Of a stretch of 62,000 bases of DNA, positions 56,479 through 62,000 are shown one piece after another (the first letter of the stretch is position 1; every line of letters begins with the position of its first letter). The position numbers and the translations under genes are program-made. A model generated the notes under the pieces. It did no database searches and had not been told where the DNA came from. It was given only the letters and a program-made list of their open reading frames with translations. The DNA is taken from contig CM075992.1 in the NCBI GenBank assembly GCA_038087875.1, positions 1-62,000 of the forward strand. The letters run 5' to 3'. The DNA is from Malacoraja senta. Taxonomy: Eukaryota.

Positions 56479-59400
56479 CATAGAAACATAGAAACATAGA
56501 AAATAGGTGCAGGAGTAGGCCATTCGGCCCTTCGAGCCTGCACCGCCATTCGATATGATCATGGCTGATCATCCAACTCAGTAACCCATCCCTGCCTTCT
56601 CTCCATACCCCCTGATCCCTTTAGCCACAAGGGCCACATCTAACTCCCTCTTAAATATAACCAATGAACTGGCCTCAACTACCTTCTGTGGCAGAGAATT
56701 CCACAGATTCACCACTCTCTGTGTAAAAAATGATTTTCTCATCTCGGGCCTAAAAGACTTCCCTCTTATCCTTAAACTGTGACCCCTAGTTCTGGACTTC
56801 CCCAACATCGGGAATAATCTTCCTGCATCTAGCCTGTCCAACCCCTTAAGAATTTTGTAAGCTTCTAAATTCTAGCGTGTACAAGCCGAGTCTATCCAGT
56901 CTTTCTTCATATGAAAGTCCTGCCATCCCAGGAATCAGTCTGGTGAACCTTCTCTGTACTCCCTCTATGGCAAGAATGTCTTTCCTCAGATTAGGAGACC
57001 AAAACTGTACGCAATACTCCAGGTGTGGTCTCACCAAGAACCTGTACAACTGCAGTAGAATCTCCCTGCTCTTATACTCAAATCCTTTTGCTATGAATGC
57101 TAACATACCATTTGCTTTCTTCACTTCCTGCTGCACCTGCATGCCTACTTTCAATGATTGGTGTACCATGACACCCAGGTCTCGTTGCATCTCCCCTTTT
57201 CCTAATCGGCCACCATTCAGATAATAGTCTACTTTCCTGTTTTTGCCACCAAAGTGGATAACCTCACATTTATCCACATTATACTGCATCTGCCATGCAT
57301 TTGCCCACTCACCCAACCTATCCAAGTCACCTTGCAGCCTCCTAGCATCCTCCTCACAGCTAACACTGCCCCCCAGCTTCGTGTCATCCGCAAACTTGGA
57401 GATGTTGCATTCAATTCCCTCATCCAAATCATTAATATATATTGTAAATAGCTGGGGTCCCAGCACTGAGCCTTGCGGTACCCCACTAGTCACTGCCTGC
57501 CATTGTGAAAAGGACCCGTTTACTCCTACTCTTTGCTTCCTGTCTGCCAGCCAGTTCTCTATCCACATCAATACTGAACCCCCAATACCATGTGCTTTAA
57601 GTTTGCATACTAATCTCTTATGTGGGACCTTGGCGAAAGCCTTCTGAAAGTCCAGATATAACACATCCACTGGTTCTCCCTTATCCACTCTACTAGTTAC
57701 ATCCTCGAAAAATTCTATAAGATTCGTCAGACATGATTTACCTTTCATAAATCCATGCTGACTTTGTCCAATGAATTCACCACTTTCCAAATGTGCTGCT
57801 ATCCCATCTTTATTAACTGACTCCAGAATTTTCCCCACCACCGATGTTAGACTAACTGGTCTGTAATTCCCCGTTTTCTCTCTCCCTCCCTTTTTAAAAA
57901 GTGGGGTTACATTAGCTACCCTCCAGTCCTCAGGAACTACTCCAGAATCTAAAGAGTTTTGAAAAATTATCACTAATGCATCCACTATTTCTGCGGCTAC
58001 TTCCTTAAGTACTCTGGGATGCAACTTATCTGGCGCTGGGGATTTATCGGCCTTTAATCCATTCAATTTACCTAACACCACTTCCCGGCTAACCTGGATT
58101 TCACTCAGTTCCTCCATCTCATTTAACCCCCGGTCCCTTGCTATTTCCGGCAGATTATTTATGTCTTCCTTAGTGAAGACAGAACCAAAGTAGTTATTCA
58201 ATTGGTCTGCCATGTCCTTGTTCCCCATGATCAATTCGCCTGTTTCTGACTGCAAGGGACCTACATTTGTTTTAACTAATCTTTTCCTCTTCACATATCT
58301 ATAAAAACTTTTGCAGTCAGTTTTTATGTTCCCTGCCAGTTTTCTTTCATAATCTATTTTCCCTTTCCTAATTAAGCCTTTTGTCCTCCTCTGCTGGACT
58401 CTGAATTTCTCCCAGTCCTCTGGTAGGCTGCTTTTTCTGGCTAATTTGTACGCTTCATCTTTTGTTTTGATACTATCCCTGATTTCCCTTGTTATCCACA
58501 GATGCACTACCTTCCCCGATTTATTCTTTTGCCAAACTGGGATGAACAATTGTTGCAGTTCATCCATGCAGTTTTTAAATGCCTTCCATTGCATATCCAC
58601 CGTCAACCCTTTAAGAATCATTTGCCAGTCTATCTTGGCCAATTCACGTCTCATACCCTCAAAGTCACCTTTCTTTAAGTTCAGGACCCTTGTTTCTGAA
58701 TTAACAATGTCACTCTCCATCCTAATGAAGAACTCAACCATATTATGGTCACTCTTGCCCAAGGGGGCACGCACAACAAGACTGCTAACTAACCCTTCCT
58801 CATTACTCAATACCCAGTCTAGAATAGCCTGCTCTCTCGTTGGTTCCTCTACATGTTGGTTTAGAAAACTATCCCGCATACATTTCAAGAAATCCTCTTC
58901 CTCAGCACCCCTGCCAATTTGATTCACCCAATCTATATGTAGATTGAAGTCACCCATTATAACTGTTTTGCCTTTGTTGCACGCATTTCTAATTTCCTGT
59001 TTGATGCCATCCCCAACTCCACTACTACTGTTAGGTGGCCTGTACACAACTCCCACTAGTGTTATCTGCCCCTTAGTGTGTCGCAGCTCCACCCATATCG
59101 ATTCCACATCCTCCAAGCTAATGTCCTTCCTTTCTATTGCATTAATCTCCTCTCTAACCAGCAACGCTACCCCGCCTCCTTTTCCTTTCTGTCTATCCCT
59201 CCTGAATATTGAATATCCATGGATGTTCAGCTCCCAGCCTTGGTCACCCTGGAGCCATGTCTCCGTGATCCCAACTATATCATATTCATTAATAACTATC
59301 TGCACATTCAACTCATCCACCTTATTACGAATGCTCCTTGCATTAAGACACAAAGCCTTCAGGTTTGTTTTTACAACACTCTTACCCCTTATACAATTAT

Positions 59401-59540
59401 GTTGAAAAGTGGCCCTTTTTTATTTTTGCCCTGGATTTGTCTGCCTGCCACTTTTACTTTTCACCTTGCTACCTATTGCTTCTACCCTCATTTTACACCC
59501 CTCTGCCTCTCTGCTCTTGCACCCATCCCCCTGCCACATC
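56479..59540 (-). mobile_element. CR1 LINE with nearly complete ORF2 and 3' tail; no ORF1 seen
   Basis: (CTATGTTT)n tail at 56479-56500; continuous APE+RT frame. Confidence 0.96.
56846..59353 (-). CDS. CR1 ORF2, 835-aa open frame (APE + RT); native C-terminus lost by a 23-bp deletion
   Basis: GITETW, YRPP, GDFN, SDH; NYRPVSL, QHGF, LDFQKAF, GVPQGSVLGP, FADD. The C-terminus continues out of frame in 56578-56841. Confidence 0.9.
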   Translation of the reverse strand: MCLNARSIRNKVDELNVQIVINEYDIVGITETWLQGDQGWELNIHGYSIFRRDRQKGKGGGVALLVREEINAIERKDISLEDVESIWVELRHTKGQITLVGVVYRPPNSSSGVGDGIKQEIRNACNKGKTVIMGDFNLHIDWVNQIGRGAEEEDFLKCMRDSFLNQHVEEPTREQAILDWVLSNEEGLVSSLVVRAPLGKSDHNMVEFFIRMESDIVNSETRVLNLKKGDFEGMRRELAKIDWQMILKGLTVDMQWKAFKNCMDELQQLFIPVWQKNKSGKVVHLWITREIRDSIKTKDEAYKLARKSSLPEDWEKFRVQQRRTKGLIRKGKIDYERKLAGNIKTDCKSFYRYVKRKRLVKTNVGPLQSETGELIMGNKDMADQLNNYFGSVFTKEDINNLPEIARDRGLNEMEELSEIQVSREVVLGKLNGLKADKSPAPDKLHPRVLKEVAAEIVDALVIIFQNSLDSGVVPEDWRVANVTPLFKKGGREKTGNYRPVSLTSVVGKILESVNKDGIAAHLESGEFIGQSQHGFMKGKSCLTNLIEFFEDVTSRVDKGEPVDVLYLDFQKAFAKVPHKRLVCKLKAHGIGGSVLMWIENWLADRKQRVGVNGSFSQWQAVTSGVPQGSVLGPQLFTIYINDLDEGIECNISKFADDTKLGGSVSCEEDARRLQGDLDRLGEWANAWQMQYNVDKCEVIHFGGKNRKVDYYLNGGRLGKGEMQRDLGVMVHQSLKVGMQVQQEVKKANGMLAFIAKGFEYKSREILLQLYRFLVRPHLEYCVQFWSPNLRKDILAIEGVQRRFTRLIPGMAGLSYEERLDRLGLYTLEFRSLQNS

Positions 59541-60704
59541 CAGCATCCTATGTTTGTATTGCTAATCTCAACAGAAGACTGCGCTGGTTCTAAGTGGGAA
59601 CAAGGTTGGAGAATTAAAACAGAAAAGTATGGGGTAAAGATGCCTCGCAAATTGGAAGAAGTTCATAAGTTTATGTCATAGGAGCAGAATTAGGCCATTC
59701 GACCCATGGCTGATCGATCATTCCCTCTCAACCCCATTCTCCTGCCTTCTCCCCATAACTGTTGACCCCCTTACTAATAGAGAATCTGTCAATTTCCACC
59801 TTAAAAATACCCAATGACGGCCTCCAGAGCCGTCTGTGGCAATGAATTACACAGATTCACCACCCACTGGCTAAAGAAATTCCTTCTCAGAGGAAGGTTT
59901 GGGCTGTTATTGCATCACAGTTTGAGAGGTGGAACTACTTTTAGATGACTGCCTGACTTCCAGTATCTCGTCATGAGGATTAAGGCCTACGCCCAATATT
60001 ATCTACTCTATCAAGAAATGGATTCTGCGGCAATTTATCTAAAAGCTGTGATAGCTTGCTCTACACTAAAGACTGTTGTCTATTCACTGGGTGTGACAGG
60101 CAATACTCAGCATACAAACATGGCAATTTGTAATGAGCATGGGCGAGGAATGGCACTCTTTCTGTATAATGTGTTTTCAATTGCTGCAGCCTGACAACTA
60201 AAATACCAATGACTTTGAACAGGAGATAGTGAACAGATGCACATAGCTTCTTCAAAAGTGATTACAGCTTTTATTTTATAAGGGACAGGCCAATGAGAAT
60301 GTCTTCTCATATCTATATAATTAAAAGTCTCATCTTGACCACTTCCTGTCTGCGCTGTATATTGATTTTAGACAATACGCTACCACATATCGCTATGATT
60401 TTTGGCCATCTTACTCACAGTCTTCCTCCACTGAGTAGGCCCCGAAGATTTTTCCCATCGATGAAAAATAAAAAAGTTATGAATGTTTTAAAAACCTTAG
60501 GTCCTCTCGCCTGTCAAGCACCGTGATGAAGGTAACGCCCCTTCCGGGGGGTGGGGGGGCAGGACTATAATACCCCGGATGCCTGGACATGACTCAGTCT
60601 CTCTGCAAGATCGTGAGGGAGAGGCCACGACTCTCATTCTAAGCTGTGAATCAACTGATCTGTGAGTCTGCAATGTACTTGCAATAAATGATTTGTTAGC
60701 CCTT

Positions 60705-61162
60705 AATGAAAATGAAATGAGTTGTTTGGCCTGCCCTGTGCTTGAAACTGCAATGGCAATGGAAGTGAATGAAAATGTAATCAGCTGTTTGCCCTGCCCT
60801 GTGCTTGAAACCACAATGGCAATGGAAGTGAAATGAAAATGCAATCAGCTGTTTGGCCTGCCCTGTGCTTGAAACTGCAATGGCAATGGAAGTGAAATGA
60901 AAATACAATCTGCTGTTTGGCCTGCCCTGTGCTTGAATCTGCAATGGCAATGGAAGTGAAATGAAAATGCAATCAGCTCTTTGGCCTGCCCTGTGCTTGA
61001 AACTGCAATGGCAATGGAAGTAAAATGAAAATACAATCAGCTGTTTGGCCTGCCCTGTACTTGAAACTGCAATGGAAATGGAAGTAAAATGAAAATGCAA
61101 TGAGCTGTTCGGCCTGCCCTGTGCTTGAATCTGCAATGGCAATGGAAGTGAAATGAAAATGA
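60705..61162 (+). repeat. 64-bp tandem repeat (~7 units; resumes at 61836-61910)
   Basis: AAATGAAAATGCAATCAGCTGTTTGGCCTGCCCTGTGCTTGAAACTGCAATGGCAATGGAAGTG, period 64 (60831, 60895, ...). Confidence 0.95.
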
Positions 61163-61164
61163 AA

Positions 61165-61832
61165 AAGGCTGATAAATCCCCAGGGCCTGATAGTCTGCAT
61201 CCCAGGGTACTTAAGGAAGTGGCTCTAGAAATCGTGGATGCATTGGTGATAATTTTCTAATGTTCTATAGATTCAGGATCAGTTCCTGTGGATTGGAGGG
61301 TAGCTAATGTTATCCCACTTTTTAAGAAAGACAGGAGAAAGAAAACGGAATTATAGACCAGTTAGCCTGACATCGCTGGTGGGGAAGATGCTGGAGTCAA
61401 TTATAAAAGATGAAATAGCCGCACATTTGGATAGCAGTAACAGGATCGGTCCGAGTCAGCATGGATTTACAAAGGGGAAATCATGCTTGACTAATCTTCT
61501 GAAATTTTTTGAGGATGTAACTAGGAAAATGGACAAGTGAGAGCCAGTGGATGTAGTGTACCTGGACTTTCAGAAAACAATTGATAAGGTCCCACATAGG
61601 AGATTAGTGGGCAAAATTAGGGCACATGGTATTGGGGGTAGAGTGCTGACATGGATAATAAATTGGTTGGCAGACAGGAAACAAAGTGTAGGGATTAACG
61701 GGTCCCTTTCAGAATGGCAGGCAGTGACTAGTGGGGTACCGCAAGGCTCGGTGATGGGACTGCAGCTATTTACAATATACATCAATGATTTGGATAAAGG
61801 GATTCAAAGTAACATTAGCAAATTTGTAGATG
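61165..61832 (+). mobile_element. CR1 RT internal fragment (no 5' or 3' end) inside the 64-bp array
   Basis: KADKSPGPD..NYRPVSL..QHGF..GVPQGSV..SKFVD; ends abruptly. Confidence 0.9.
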
Positions 61833-62000
61833 TCTCAATGGCCTGAGCTGTTTGGCCTGCCCTGTGCTTGAAATGGAAATGGAAATGAAATGAGTTGTTT
61901 GGCCTGCCTGAAACCACTAATTTCGGCCCACAAGGCCCCTATTAGCCGTGAAACCAGTCCCTTTTGACCAAAATGCCCGTATTAGCCCAGGAGGAGCATT

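Larger units (their letters stand above)
60312..62000 (+). mobile_element. Probable non-autonomous Helitron (5' end only in window)
   Basis: A|TCTATATAATTAAAAG start resembles Helitron 5' termini; internal 64-bp array. The 3' hairpin/CTAG is not in the window. Confidence 0.5.

Noticed and set aside
60497..61200. FHFHCHC / SSTGQAKQLI repeat ORFs
   Set aside because: Translations of a 64-bp unit (not a multiple of 3) cycling through frames.

Overview
Repeat-dense eukaryotic (vertebrate) non-genic DNA. The repeat set (CR1 LINEs with (CTATGTTT)n-type tails, tRNA-derived V-domain/HE1-like SINEs, Penelope-like elements, Rex1/Babar) suggests a cartilaginous fish such as a skate or ray; this is inference. 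I recognise no host protein-coding exon, and every long interpretable ORF is transposon-derived. Contents: many CR1 copies (two with long ORF2 frames), an internally deleted Gypsy LTR element with a nested CR1, a solo LTR, a 5'-truncated L1 with a 16-bp TSD, Penelope-like GIY-YIG elements and their hammerhead-bearing termini, two hAT-type non-autonomous elements with 8-bp TSDs, a PIF/Harbinger MITE, a ~1.2-kb foldback element, a probable Helitron with a 64-bp satellite, several minisatellites and a 967-bp tandem duplication. Two signals stand out. (1) A dispersed 55-bp tandem-repeat family in which each unit resembles a CTCF core plus upstream motif, forward at 2.4 and 12.3 kb and reverse at 22.4 kb. 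(2) Two TSD-flanked ~100-130-bp mini-insertions, identical over ~97 bp, that begin right at a minimal hammerhead ribozyme. All alignments, identities and boundaries were judged by eye; no searches were run.
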